Origin: an uncultured delta proteobacterium | GTDB taxonomy: Bacteria; Desulfobacterota; Binatia; UBA9968 | DNA: 64,000 nt | Reading direction: 5' to 3' | NCBI GenBank assembly: GCA_963816145.1 | Contig: CAWFJP010000031.1 | Location: forward strand, 160,001 to 224,000 | Shown here: piece by piece, positions 9,268 through 20,500 of the stretch | Layout of the letters: each line of letters begins with the position of its first letter | How positions within the stretch are numbered: position 1 is the stretch's first letter | The notes under the pieces: model-generated | The model's database searches: none | What the model was told of the DNA's origin: nothing | What the model saw: the letters and a program-made list of their open reading frames with translations, nothing else | Translations under genes and position numbers: made by a program

Positions 9268-9834
9268 TCAGCCGCAGACGCCGCCGAGCAGGCCGCTCTT
9301 CAATCCGGGATTCGGCGTGTTGGCGCCGAGCCAGATCGAAAAGAACGCTTTGGCGAAATCGTCGCCCTTGATCGTGCCTTTGGCCGCGCCGTTGACATCC
9401 ACTTCGAGCCCCATGCCGGGTCGATATACGAAGGTCAGGCGTTGGCCGGTTTTCATATCCGCCATCCAGCCCTTGAGCGTCTCGAGATAATCCCTGAACG
9501 GCGCGAGCCGCTTGTCGAACCCTTCGTCCCAGGCTTTGTTGAGCTCGGCGGCGCTGACGTTGCGCAGGAACTGAAGGACCAGTCGTTTCGGGCTGCTCGA
9601 ACCGAGCAGCAGATTGGCGTCGGCGGAGGTCTTGGTCACGTAAAGCGCCGCGACATAGACGTTGACCTTCAACATCGTCGCCTGCCGGAGCCCCAAACCG
9701 TTGAGCGCGAGGGCGCGCCCGTCGACCTGGAGCTGATCCGGAAAACTGACGCCTTTGCATTCCTTTCCCTGTGCCGGCGCAACGGCCAACGCCATGATGA
9801 TGCCCAGTGAGACCAGCAATAAATTCCGTGTCAT
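9268..9834 (-). CDS. Chalcone isomerase-like exported protein
   Basis: Signal peptide; LALNGLGLR, VYVAALY, FFSIWLG...LKSGLLG. Confidence 0.88.
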   Translation of the reverse strand: MTRNLLLVSLGIIMALAVAPAQGKECKGVSFPDQLQVDGRALALNGLGLRQATMLKVNVYVAALYVTKTSADANLLLGSSSPKRLVLQFLRNVSAAELNKAWDEGFDKRLAPFRDYLETLKGWMADMKTGQRLTFVYRPGMGLEVDVNGAAKGTIKGDDFAKAFFSIWLGANTPNPGLKSGLLGGVCG

Positions 9835-10191
9835 CTTTGCTCCATGATGGTAAAATTTGCCGGTTGCCTGAGCGTTGGCGGCGATTGCTCGTCACCCAAC
9901 TAAACCTTGCGAGCAGCGAGAGACATCATAAGCGGTGAAGTCTTGTTTCTTGCTGTCAATCCCCGCGTAGGCTTTCACTGTTCCCATGCCAGGAAAGTCC
10001 TGACAATCACAGCTCGGCTCGCCGGCGTTCGAGAACGTAGGTCAAGAGTTTAGCGTCCGCCTTCGTTTGTCTGCTGGTGAAGTTTTCCTGACGCGAGCGC
10101 AGACCCAGATCAAGTAGAGAAACTCCGACCCTCTCGCTTGCCTGTCGCTCTCCCGGTGTATTTGTTTGCGCAAAAACGTTCGTCGAGCCGT

Positions 10192-11712
10192 TTAGCCTGT
10201 GATTTTCATTTCCGAGGCAAGAATCTTGCCGTCCGGTGAGCCCTTCCAGATAACGTTTCGCGCCACGCCGTAAAGTTCCGCCAGCGTATAGAGCGGCGCG
10301 AACGGCACGTCGTCCATGAGAATGCGGCCCGCCTGATGGAGAATCGCGATGCGCTTCTTGTGATCGCCGGTGCGTTGTTCCTCGTCGATGAGCTTGTCGA
10401 ATTCCGGATTGTTGTAGTTGATGCGCTTGGAACCGCCGGTGCGAAAATATTGTTCGAAATAGACATCGGCGTCGCTACCGTTGCTGCCGGCGTAGTAGAA
10501 CGGCAACTTGCCGCCGTTGACGCCGTCCTTGCCCCAGTAGATGGCGTACTCTTGCGGCACCAGCTCGACTTTGATGCCGGCCTTGCCCAACTGATCGGCG
10601 ATCACTTCGCAAACCTCTTTGCCTTTGAGGTGGCGGTCCGGGGCCAAATAGAGCTTGGTCTCGAGTCCGTTCGGATAACCGGCTTTGGCCAGCAGCTCGC
10701 GGGCTTTTTTCGGGTCGTAAGGATAACGCTTGATCTTCGGGTCGAAGCCCACCCAATTGGAGCCCAGCGGGCCGTTCACCACCGCGCCGTGGCCGTCGTA
10801 GATATGCTTCAACATGACGTGGGGATCGAGGGCGTAGTTGATCGCCTGGCGCAGGAGCTTGTTGTCGAAAGGTTTCATCTGCACGTTCATGCCGAGAAAA
10901 TACATGCGAAAGCCGACCACCTCCTGAAGCCGAACGCGCGGATGCTTGGCGATGCGGTCGACCTCTTCGATGGGCAGATTGCTGATCAGATCCGCCTGCC
11001 CCGCCGACAGCCCCGCCACGCGCGCCGATTCCTCCTTGACGCCTTTGATGATCACCTCGCGGATTTGCGGCTTGGCGCCCCAGTATTCGTCGTTGCGCCG
11101 CAGCACCAGGTTGCCGCCGCGCTGCCAGCTGACGTATTTGTACGGCCCGGTGCCGGCGGTGGCGTTGTCCAGATCGTCGCCGTATTCCTTCGACAGAATA
11201 AACCGCGTCTCCAGCCTGGTGAGCAAAAGCGCGTTGGGCGTCTTGGTCGTAAGAACGACGGTGTAATCGTCGGGTGTTTCGACCTCGACGCCTTGCACGT
11301 AGGCGCCCTGCAAGCTGCGCTTGTCGTTTTGCAATTTGTCGATGGAGAACGCCACGTCCTTGGAGGTAAACGGCGCGCCGTTGTGAAACCGCACACCTTT
11401 GCGCAAGTGAAAAATCCACTTGCGCCCCTGAAACTCCCACGACTGAGCCAGCACGCCGACATATTCGTTGCGGTCATAATCCATCTGGATCAGCGGCTCG
11501 ATGACGTGGCGCCAGATCCCCGTGATGCCGCCGCCGCTGTAGCCGTAGGGATGGAGCGAGTCGAGACTGACGCCCTGATAGATGACGATGCGATCTTTAG
11601 TTGCCGCCGCCGCCCGTGACGCCAAGGCCGGCGCCAAGAGGGTTCCCAATCCTAGAGCTGCGCTGTGGCGCAAGAATTGGCGCCGATCGAGCGCCGTGTC
11701 AGGTTTACGCAT
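10192..11712 (-). CDS. ABC transporter solute-binding protein, family 5 (peptide/nickel)
   Basis: Tat signal DRRQFL; LRKGVRFHNG, GTGPYK, LRQAINYALD. Confidence 0.92.
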   Translation of the reverse strand: MRKPDTALDRRQFLRHSAALGLGTLLAPALASRAAAATKDRIVIYQGVSLDSLHPYGYSGGGITGIWRHVIEPLIQMDYDRNEYVGVLAQSWEFQGRKWIFHLRKGVRFHNGAPFTSKDVAFSIDKLQNDKRSLQGAYVQGVEVETPDDYTVVLTTKTPNALLLTRLETRFILSKEYGDDLDNATAGTGPYKYVSWQRGGNLVLRRNDEYWGAKPQIREVIIKGVKEESARVAGLSAGQADLISNLPIEEVDRIAKHPRVRLQEVVGFRMYFLGMNVQMKPFDNKLLRQAINYALDPHVMLKHIYDGHGAVVNGPLGSNWVGFDPKIKRYPYDPKKARELLAKAGYPNGLETKLYLAPDRHLKGKEVCEVIADQLGKAGIKVELVPQEYAIYWGKDGVNGGKLPFYYAGSNGSDADVYFEQYFRTGGSKRINYNNPEFDKLIDEEQRTGDHKKRIAILHQAGRILMDDVPFAPLYTLAELYGVARNVIWKGSPDGKILASEMKITG

Positions 11713-11852
11713 TGGAGTTCTCCCGCGCTAAAGTGAGCCCGTTATATTCAGCCTGCCACGAACCTGTCAATAAAAATCTCCGCGGTATCAAGGATCATGG
11801 ATCAACTGTCGGATCATGCTTTCTTGCTATCCATCCTCCCCGATTCCCCCCG

Positions 11853-12031
11853 CCACTCCACAGCTTCTCACTAGCTATCGCCGCGCCATCGCGCGGGACA
11901 GGTAACTTCGCCCGCGCGATCTGCGGGTGTACGCGCCCGCCTACGCCGTAGTCGTCACGTTAACAAAAGCCGTTGGACAGGTGCGGCCGGTCTGTATTCG
12001 ATACGGCAAACTCGTTGAGGTGAGGAGTGCG
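11853..12031 (-). repeat. MetE-II 3'-end repeat, copy 4, with shared extension
   Basis: Reads DYGVGGRVHPQIARAKLPVPRDGAAIASEKLWS; extension GTTAACAAAAGCCGTTGGACAG is shared with the 34.4 kb copy. Confidence 0.85.
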
Positions 12032-12270
12032 TGTGAGTTGCGCGTCGAGCGGTGAATAACTATACACCACACTGAGAACAGTGTTAGAGTCTTAGTTGAG
12101 CACGAGAATAATCATCGGGTCCTGGCGAAGCTAAATTTGCATGAGTCTACACGATACGCACGATTCCTTTTCCCTGGAAGCCCGAGAGTGACGTAGAGCG
12201 ACCGAACTCCTGGTCGCGCGGCAAGAGGACTTGGTAAATGGTTTCATGATCGAATTGGAGGTAATGCGGA

Positions 12271-13263
12271 ATGTTGCGCTCATGGACCGCTCTCGTGATA
12301 ATTTTTTTCCCGTTCCTTCATCATTACAGTTGGGCAGCCGAACCTCTAACCAAATTAATCGCGGCTTATGGCACCATCACGTCGGGGTATTCCGTAATAT
12401 GGGTAGCCAAGGACGCGGGGATCTTTGCCCAGAACGGGCTCGACGTTGATGTGCTGTTAATCCAAAGCTCACCGATCTTGGCTGCGGCGATGCTATCGGG
12501 CAACGTCCCGGTGGCGATTATGGGCGGCGCTGCAGCCGTAACCAGCAATCTCTCCGGGAGCGATTTGGTCCTGATCGGCAGCCTGAGGAAGACTTCAAGC
12601 CTGTCTTTCCTGGTCACGACGAAGGAGATTTCCAGACCGGAGCAGTTGAAGGGGAAAATTCTCGGCATCGACCGCTATGGCGGCGCGGGCGATTTTATTT
12701 TGCGGCTGGTGTTGGAAAGACTCGGACTTAATCCCGACAAGGACGTGACGATCCGGCAAGTGGGGCAATCACCGCTGAGACTCGCCGCACTGCAAGCCGG
12801 ACTAATCCAGGGAACGACGCTCTCTGCCGAGGATAAGGTCGCCGCAGATAAGTTAGGTTTGCCCTTGCTGATCGATGTCAGAAAGCTCGGCGTGGAATTC
12901 TTGGGTGCGGATATTGTCGCGACGCGAAGGATGATCAAAACCGAGGAAGCCACGGTTCGCCGGTTTATGAAGGCGCTGGTCGAAGGAATCCGCTACTACA
13001 AAACTCACAAGGCCGAAACCATGCAAACGATGGCTCGCTACATGAAGGTTAAGGACCCGGCGCTGATCGAGGCCGGTTATGAATTCAACGTGCAGGAATA
13101 CCAGCGCAAGCCTTACCCCTCGGTGGGCGGCATTAAAGTATCGTTGGAGCAGATCGCCCAGACCAATCCAAAGGCCAAGACCGTCAACGTTGAGCGTTTT
13201 TTCGACGCGCGCTTCGTTCGCGAGCTTGATCAGAGCGGTTTCATCGATGGTCTATACAAGTAA
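12271..13263 (+). CDS. ABC transporter solute-binding protein, NitT/TauT family
   Basis: Signal peptide; WVAKDAGIFAQNGLDV, LGLNPDKDV, ELDQSGFIDGLY; GGAGG RBS. Confidence 0.92.
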   Translation: MLRSWTALVIIFFPFLHHYSWAAEPLTKLIAAYGTITSGYSVIWVAKDAGIFAQNGLDVDVLLIQSSPILAAAMLSGNVPVAIMGGAAAVTSNLSGSDLVLIGSLRKTSSLSFLVTTKEISRPEQLKGKILGIDRYGGAGDFILRLVLERLGLNPDKDVTIRQVGQSPLRLAALQAGLIQGTTLSAEDKVAADKLGLPLLIDVRKLGVEFLGADIVATRRMIKTEEATVRRFMKALVEGIRYYKTHKAETMQTMARYMKVKDPALIEAGYEFNVQEYQRKPYPSVGGIKVSLEQIAQTNPKAKTVNVERFFDARFVRELDQSGFIDGLYK

Positions 13264-13359
13264 CCTTGAAGGCGATTTGCCGGACCCGTGATTCGGACCG
13301 ACGAGTGAGCTCCAGGTTCTAAATTCATTCACAACGCTGTTCGAACGGAGGATTACGGA

Positions 13360-15021
13360 ATGAAGTTTGTCAGCGCCGCGGAAAAAATCCTTTGGGACGA
13401 CCAGTTCGACTTGATTTGTATCGGCTCGGGCCTTGGGGGAATGGCGGCAGCGGTAGCGGCGACCGAGCTCGGGATGCGTTCGCTGGTTATCGAGAAAGCG
13501 AATAAGATCGGCGGCACGACCAGCTGGTCGTCGGGTATTGTCTGGGTCGGCAACAGCCATCTCGCCCGCTCAAAAGGAGCGACGGACTCCGCCGCCGAAA
13601 GCCGCGCCTATCTCGACTATCTCGGGGGAGGACGCAACAATCCCGAGATCACCGGGTGCTTCATCGAACAGTCGCCCAGAGCGTTGCAGTTTTTCGAGCA
13701 GAGAGTCGGACTGCCTTTTTACGTTCTGGACGGCTTGGCTGATCATTACTATCCATTAGGTCAAGGATCTAAACCTTGGGGGAGAAGCCACCAGCTGCGT
13801 CCCTTTGATGCCGGCACTCTCGGCTCATGGCAGAGCAAACTCGATCGCACACCATTCGCCCACGGACGGATGACTTTTGAAGAGATGACCGCTGCGGGTG
13901 GTTGGGGCGGCTACCGTAATCTCGACGAGAAAGTCGTCAATGAACGTCAGGTGCAGGACATTCGAACGCTGGGGGGCGCGGTGGCGGGCCATTTTTTCAA
14001 AGCGGCACTCGATCGCGATATTTCCTTTCGTCTCGATACGGCGGCGAACCAATTTATTGTCCAAGATAACCGCGTGGTGGGAGTCGAGGTTTCTTGCGAC
14101 GGAAAGACTCTCGCCCTCAGCGCAAGGAATGGTGTGGTCTTGGCGACCGGAAAATACGATTCCAACTCGCAACTCATGGGCTGGTTCGATGAGTTCAACC
14201 CTTGGCCGCCCCATGGCTCGCCGAGAAATCGCGGCGATGGTTTGGTGATGGGCCTGGAGATCGGCGCAGCCTTCACCGTCATGCACTGGAACTTGAGCAT
14301 CAAACTCGGCCGCCACGTTAAAGGAGAAAGCGTCGACGGCCAACCGATTTTGCGCGTTGCTGGCACCCACGAGTTGGGCCATCCCCACGGCATCCTGGTG
14401 AACCGTGCAGGGAGCCGCTTCGCCGATGAGTCTTCGTTTGGAGACGTCGCCAGCAAACTGCGCCATTACGATGCCGGCAGCCATCAGTTGCTTAACGTTC
14501 CCTGCTATTTTGTTTGCGATGCGCAGTATCTACGCAAGTATGGCTTGCCGCCGGTACCGCCCGGTGCCGACCCTCCGGACTGGCTGCCGCGCGGCAACAC
14601 GCTTGCCGACCTCGGTAAAATTATCGGTGTGGACAGCGCCGGGTTGACCGCAGCGGTGGAGCGCTTCAACGGATTCGTCGAGAAGAGCGAGGACGCCGAC
14701 TTCCAACGCGGCCGCATGATCTGGTCACGACAAGCGGCCGGAGATTTGAACCAGAAAAATCCGAACCTCGGCGTAATTTCAGAACCTCCTTTCTTTGGCT
14801 TTGAGATGCAGCCGTTCGGCGGCAATTCCATCGGTTTGATCACCAGCCGGGATGCCCAAGTGCTTCATGTACGCGGCCGTCCGATTCCGGGTCTCTACGC
14901 CTGCGGTGACGTGGTTGCGCTCGAACATGTCGGAGTTGGATTTCAAGCGGGGCTGCCGCTCGCGGGCGGAATGACTTTTGGCTGGCTCGCGGCCCAGCAC
15001 GCCGCGCAGAAATTTTTCTGA
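13360..15021 (+). CDS. FAD-dependent oxidoreductase, 3-ketosteroid delta1-dehydrogenase-like
   Basis: IGSGLGG, IGGTTSWSSG, ILVNRAGSRFADE, PIPGLYACG. Confidence 0.8.
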   Translation: MKFVSAAEKILWDDQFDLICIGSGLGGMAAAVAATELGMRSLVIEKANKIGGTTSWSSGIVWVGNSHLARSKGATDSAAESRAYLDYLGGGRNNPEITGCFIEQSPRALQFFEQRVGLPFYVLDGLADHYYPLGQGSKPWGRSHQLRPFDAGTLGSWQSKLDRTPFAHGRMTFEEMTAAGGWGGYRNLDEKVVNERQVQDIRTLGGAVAGHFFKAALDRDISFRLDTAANQFIVQDNRVVGVEVSCDGKTLALSARNGVVLATGKYDSNSQLMGWFDEFNPWPPHGSPRNRGDGLVMGLEIGAAFTVMHWNLSIKLGRHVKGESVDGQPILRVAGTHELGHPHGILVNRAGSRFADESSFGDVASKLRHYDAGSHQLLNVPCYFVCDAQYLRKYGLPPVPPGADPPDWLPRGNTLADLGKIIGVDSAGLTAAVERFNGFVEKSEDADFQRGRMIWSRQAAGDLNQKNPNLGVISEPPFFGFEMQPFGGNSIGLITSRDAQVLHVRGRPIPGLYACGDVVALEHVGVGFQAGLPLAGGMTFGWLAAQHAAQKFF

Positions 15022-15092
15022 GCGGGAGTAGCGATAAATCGGGGAATACGACTGTGTCTCGATCCTTCCGTCAAATCGCGCAGGAGGTTGCC

Positions 15093-16148
15093 GTGAAAAA
15101 ACTGGCCGTCATGATCTTCTTGTCCATGCTGGCGGGCCTGGGGATTCCCGGACAGGGATTCTCTCAGGCGAACTTCTATCAGGGCAAAACCATCAACGTC
15201 GTCTATGGCGGCGGTCCGGGAGGCACGGTGGATCTGCGCTTCAGAGCTACCGCTTCTATTCTCCGCAAACACATACCGGGAAGACCGACCTTCGTCATCG
15301 AGTACATGCCGGGCGGCGGATCGCGCAAGGCCGGCAACTATATCTACAGGGCCCGAGCGGACGGGCTGACCATGGGCGTCATGCTCTCTAGCTTTGTCCC
15401 TCTGGCCGTGCTCGGCTCGAGCGGGGTCCTCTATGACATCGACAAGCTAAACTATCTTGGCTCTCCCACCAGCGGCGAACCTTACATTTTTTTGAGCCGT
15501 AAGGAGGCGCGGCTGGATAGCATCGACAAGCTCCGCAGCGCCTCAGGCGTGCGCATCGGCGCTCAGTCCGTCGGCCACAACCTCTATAACATCGGCCGCA
15601 TTCTCGCGTATGTACTCGGCATGAAGGAGCCAAAGTTTGTTACCGGGTTCGCCCAAGGCGCCGAGGTCAATCTGGCCATGATGCAAGGCGAGCTCGACGC
15701 CAGATGGACCATCCAGGCTACGCTAGTGCGGGAAGCGCCTGACTGGATCGACAAGAAGTTGATGGATTTTCACGTCGTCAACGAGGTTCCGAAAGGGCGC
15801 AGACACCCTCATCCGGTCTTTGCCCAGCTGCCCGATATCGAACGACTGACGAAATCGGAAAAGGAGCGCAAGCTTCTGGCCATGCAAAGGGCCTTTGTCA
15901 GCGCGGGAACTCCATTCCTCTTTCCTCCGGGAACACCTCCCGACAAGGTGCAGATGCTGCGGCAGGCGATGCGCAAGACTTTTGCCGACCCCGAATTCCA
16001 CGCGGAATTCAAAAAATTGGTCGGCGAGGAGCCCACGCCGTTGCCGCCGGAGGAACTCGAAAAGGCGATTCGCGAGCTGCCGCGGGAGCGAGAAATCGTC
16101 GATTTGTTCAATAAGCTCTCCGGCGCCGACGCCATGCCGCTGCCCTAG
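15093..16148 (+). CDS. Bug/TctC-family tripartite tricarboxylate transporter binding protein
   Basis: FYQGKTINVVYGGGPGG, EYMPGGGS, PPGTPPDKV; GTG start after AGGAGG. Confidence 0.88.
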   Translation: MKKLAVMIFLSMLAGLGIPGQGFSQANFYQGKTINVVYGGGPGGTVDLRFRATASILRKHIPGRPTFVIEYMPGGGSRKAGNYIYRARADGLTMGVMLSSFVPLAVLGSSGVLYDIDKLNYLGSPTSGEPYIFLSRKEARLDSIDKLRSASGVRIGAQSVGHNLYNIGRILAYVLGMKEPKFVTGFAQGAEVNLAMMQGELDARWTIQATLVREAPDWIDKKLMDFHVVNEVPKGRRHPHPVFAQLPDIERLTKSEKERKLLAMQRAFVSAGTPFLFPPGTPPDKVQMLRQAMRKTFADPEFHAEFKKLVGEEPTPLPPEELEKAIRELPREREIVDLFNKLSGADAMPLP

Positions 16149-16351
16149 GCTGGGTCACCGACAGCATCATCACTGCTTTCTCGTAAGCGCGCGGCTGCTT
16201 GGCGCTCGGGCTCTTTCACCTGGGGAAATGTGTGATTGCCAGACCTGGCCGCAGGTTCGTGACTGCTGACAAGAATTAATTTTCAAAATGTCGAAATCCG
16301 GGTCGGCCAAACGATTATGGGTGTAGGACAACAAAATCAAAGGAGAGTGAC

Positions 16352-16729
16352 ATGCAATTCATGATGCTGATGATTCCCGCCGTCTACCAAGGCGGCAAGA
16401 AAGTCGACCCGGGATTTGTCCCTGATCCGAAAAAAGTCGAACAAATGATGCGCTTTAACGAGGAATTGGGCCAGGTCTTCAAGATTCTGTCATTGAACGG
16501 CCTGCATCCAGTGAACACGGGCGCCCGCGTGTCGTTCAGCAACGGGAAAACGACGGTAACCGACGGTCCCTTCATCGAAACCAAAGAAGTGCTCGGCGGT
16601 TATTGGTTGATCGAGGCGCCATCGAAAGCGGAAGTGGTGCAGTGGACGCAGCGTTGCCCGGCCGAGGAGGGCGACGTCATCGAGATCCGGCAGGTTTTCG
16701 ACGAAGCGGATTTCGCGATCAAAAAATAG
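16352..16729 (+). CDS. YciI/DGPF family protein
   Basis: VTDGPFIETKEVLGGYW; AGGAG RBS. Confidence 0.9.
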   Translation: MQFMMLMIPAVYQGGKKVDPGFVPDPKKVEQMMRFNEELGQVFKILSLNGLHPVNTGARVSFSNGKTTVTDGPFIETKEVLGGYWLIEAPSKAEVVQWTQRCPAEEGDVIEIRQVFDEADFAIKK

Positions 16730-16884
16730 CCGGCCCCGGCGCGCGGGGCGGGATTGCGGTCGGTGCGCTGAGCAAATGCCGCGTCGAGCTTCCCGCCGCT
16801 TTTTCCTTCCCGGCTGCCTAGCGCCATTGAAAAAAGATTCTCTCGAATCTCGCCGCAGCTGTTCAGCTGGAAGACCGCTCGCGA

Positions 16885-16950
16885 ATTTCAACGGATCTGA
16901 AAGATTTTCTTGCAAATTTTCTCGTAGTTCGGACCTCTCTCCCGTCGTCG
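16885..16950 (-). repeat. Degenerate duplicate of the 3' end of the SBP gene ending at 21154
   Basis: ATTTCAACGGATCTGAAAGATTT.CTT.CA..TTTTCTCGTA.TTCGGA matches 21151-21217; NYEKICKKIFQIR* versus KYEKTWKEIFQIR*. Confidence 0.85.
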
Positions 16951-17517
16951 CCGATGCACGCGCGAACACAGCGCGCATAACTGATGCACCGGTGGTGAGT
17001 CCGAGATAGCGCGATTGGTTGAACGATAGGAACCGATAGAGGATCCGACACGGTCAAGCTGAGCTGATCCGGATTGCATCATGGCAAATCATTTTCACTT
17101 GGCTCTGCTGCACCTCGGCTCGATTTGAGCGCCTGCGTTCGACAACGAGTACCACCGAGATAAGAAATAAAAATATTAAATGGCTTTTTTATCCGCTCTT
17201 TTCTTATCCTGTCATTGTTTTTCTCCCGGCCGCGTTGGTTCTTCGATTGCAGGGATTGCATTAGGTTGCTCATGGGAATAAATCAAAGTCCATCTAAGAG
17301 CTCATGGCTAAAATAAAACGCACAAGGCCGGCTCGTCATCGCGGCGGCCAGTCTGGATCAAAGACCGGCAAATGGATTTGCGCTGCGGATCATAAGTAAG
17401 CCACATTATGCATTCTTCCTTATCGTCCGATACGGAGCAGGAAACAGCAAAAATACTATCACAGGTTATTCGGCTATTATCGCGAAATGTGGCGCCGAGA
17501 ATCGTTGAGCCGGCAAT

Positions 17518-20500
17518 ATGACCCAAGACAACCTCAACACTCCAAACGAGACGCGTCTGCTGAGCCGTGAAATCGTATTGGCACACCAGCAGCAATCTTT
17601 TCACGCGCTGCTGCGGCACGTGTGGCAAAGCTCGTCATTTTACCGCGACCTTTATTCCGCTTCAGGTATCGGGCAGGCCGAATTAGCAGAGGTGACTCCG
17701 TCCGATCTACCGATTATCAATAAAAAGCTGCTGATGGAAAATTTTGCCGGCGCGGTTACCGATCCTCGATTGAAAAAAAACGATTTGGAACGCTGGCTTC
17801 ACGAAAATCGCAATCCGGCGGCCAACTATTGCGATGACTTCATTGTCGTTCATTCATCGGGATCCTCGGGTAATCCCGCGATATTTGTTTGCAGCCGGGC
17901 CGATTGGCAGCTGGCCGCTAGCGCCATGGCCGGCCGTTTGCCGCCGCCGGCAAACTACCCGGCGGGAAAGACCCGGGTCGCGTTTCACCTCGCCACTCAT
18001 GGCAACTTCGGCGGAGTCGCGGTAGCGGCGCGTCTGTCTCGACGGATCTACGAAACGTTGATTTTATCCGTGCACGATTCCCATCAAGAGGTGGCAAGGA
18101 AGCTCAACGATTTCCAGCCGCATCAACTGCACGGCTATGCCAGCGGGGTGCACGATCTGTCCCTCCTGGCAATGACAGGGGAATTGAGGATTTCCCCCAA
18201 ACGGATCGTTGTCGGCGGCGACAAGCTCACAGCGAGCGTGGAAAGAGATATCCGCCGGGTATGGAATGTCCCGGTTTATGATTTTTATAGCGCTTCGGAG
18301 TCCAATTATATCGCGCTAAGGCAGTGCGGCGATGATGAGATGACGGTTATCGAGGACTTAAATATCCTCGAAGTTTTGGATGACGCGGATCGACCGGTGC
18401 CGGAAAATCAAGAGGGAAGAGTCGTGGTGACCAACCTCTACAACCGCACTCTGCCGATCATTCGCTACGAACTGGGCGATTATGTCTCGTTAGGGAAGGA
18501 AAACCCTGGTCGACTCTATGCCACGATAAAAGATATCAGGGGCCGCGCGATAGATGCATTGCCGATAACGCTGCACGACGGTCGCAAAGATAGGTTAAAC
18601 TCGCATGTATTGAGTGCGATTTATGTTCCCGCACTTGAAAAGTTCCAATATATTTCCCAGCGAGCGGATTACTTCGAGATTTTATACGTCAGCGCAGAGA
18701 ATCTCGACGCTGTGATCCGGACTCAGTTCCAACGCATCCTTGATTTAAAAGGCGCGGCAAAAACGACTTTCCAGGTCCGGCGAGTGGCACGGATCGCCAG
18801 CGATCCGCATACCGGTAAATACAATCTCGTCAAAATACACCATCAGCCGAGAACGGACGGCCTCGGCGTGATCGGCGAATTGAACCGGTTTCGCGAGAGC
18901 GCGGCCGATGAGCGCACTTTGACCGGCGCTTTTGGTGAACCGGTTGAGTCGATGGCGCGGCAATGTCCGGACGAGTTGAGCCGGAACACTGACAGCCATG
19001 CGACGCAGTCGGAAACAATCGAACCGAATCGCGTCCCGGTTAAAGCGCAATCGTCCATCGATGCCGAGGCGCGGCGCCTCGCTCGATCGGAGTCACGCCG
19101 GGGTCAAGGAGAATATCGCACGAGCCGCCTAAACCGACGCCTCACGAACCCGCCGCCGGAGCAGCAGGTGATACAAGCAAAGTCTTTTCACCCGTCCGGG
19201 ACTTTCGTTGAGTTCATGAAAGAAGAGATCGAGCGCTCCATCCCTGAGCGATTCGAGAAAATCGTCAGCCTGCACTGCCATCGAATCGCGGTCAAAACGG
19301 CGGATCGGGCGGTTACCTACGCGGAGCTCAACGCGATCGCCAATCGTTTGGCCCGGGAAATTATCGCCGGGGCGGGGACCACCCAGGAACCCGTCGCGCT
19401 TCTATTTGATAACGGCGCGGCGCTATTCGCGGCCATGCTCGGAGTATTGAAGGCGGGGAGATTCTTCGTTGCCGTGGACCCCTCGTTGCCGAAGGCGCGG
19501 ATCGCGGTCCTATTGGAAGACTCTCAGGCGACGCTGGTGGTCACCGATGGTCAATACCTTGCATTGGCCGGCCAAGTGGCAAGTACCCGCTGTCGACTAC
19601 TCGATCTCGAATCAATCGATCAGAGCATTCCTGCAACCAATCTCGGTTTGCCAGTGTCGGCAGACGCGCTGGCTCTGATATTTTACACCTCGGGTTCCAG
19701 TGGTGCGGCGAAGGCCTTGCTGTGGAGTCATCGGGTTCTGCTCCATCACCTAATGCTCACAACCAATGCTTTCCATGGCTGCGCGGAGGACAGGATAAGT
19801 CTTTTGGCATCCGGAACTTCGGGCGCTGTCACCAATGGCTTATTCGCTCTGCTCATCGGAGCGGCTCTGCTGCCGTTCGATGTTCGAAAAGAAGGCATCG
19901 CGCGCCTACCGTCCTGGCTGTCGGAGGAGCGGATCTCGATCTGCTGGTTTAGCCCCCAGCTGTTTCGCAACCTTCGCGAAGCTTTGGGAGGCAGGGAACA
20001 ATTTACCGATCTTCGTCTGATTCGCTTGGCGGGTGAGGCGGTTTACCGCAGCGACATTGACTTATACAAACAACATTTCCCCGGCAATTGTCTTCTCGTC
20101 AATGCGTTATCTTCCAGTGAAGCGGGGTTCCTGAGCATCTGCTACGTCGATCACAACTGCGACATTTCCGGGAATGAAGTGCCGGTGGGTTATCCTGTGG
20201 CGGATAAGCAAATTTTCTTACTGGACGAGGAAGGTAACGACGTTGGCTTCAACCAAGTCGGCGAGATCGTCGTGCGCAGCCGCTATCTTTCCCTAGGCTA
20301 TTGGCGCCGGCCGGATCTCACCGACGCTAAGTTTCGCGCCGATGGTCCCGGAGACCGCGACGAACGTCTTTATTTCACCGGGGACATGGGTCTCATGCGC
20401 CCCGACGGGTGTCTTATCTACAAAGGGCGCAAGGACTTTCGTGTCAAGATCCGCGGCTACGGAGTCGAGTTTGCGGAGGTGGAGAAGGTATTGCTTGAGC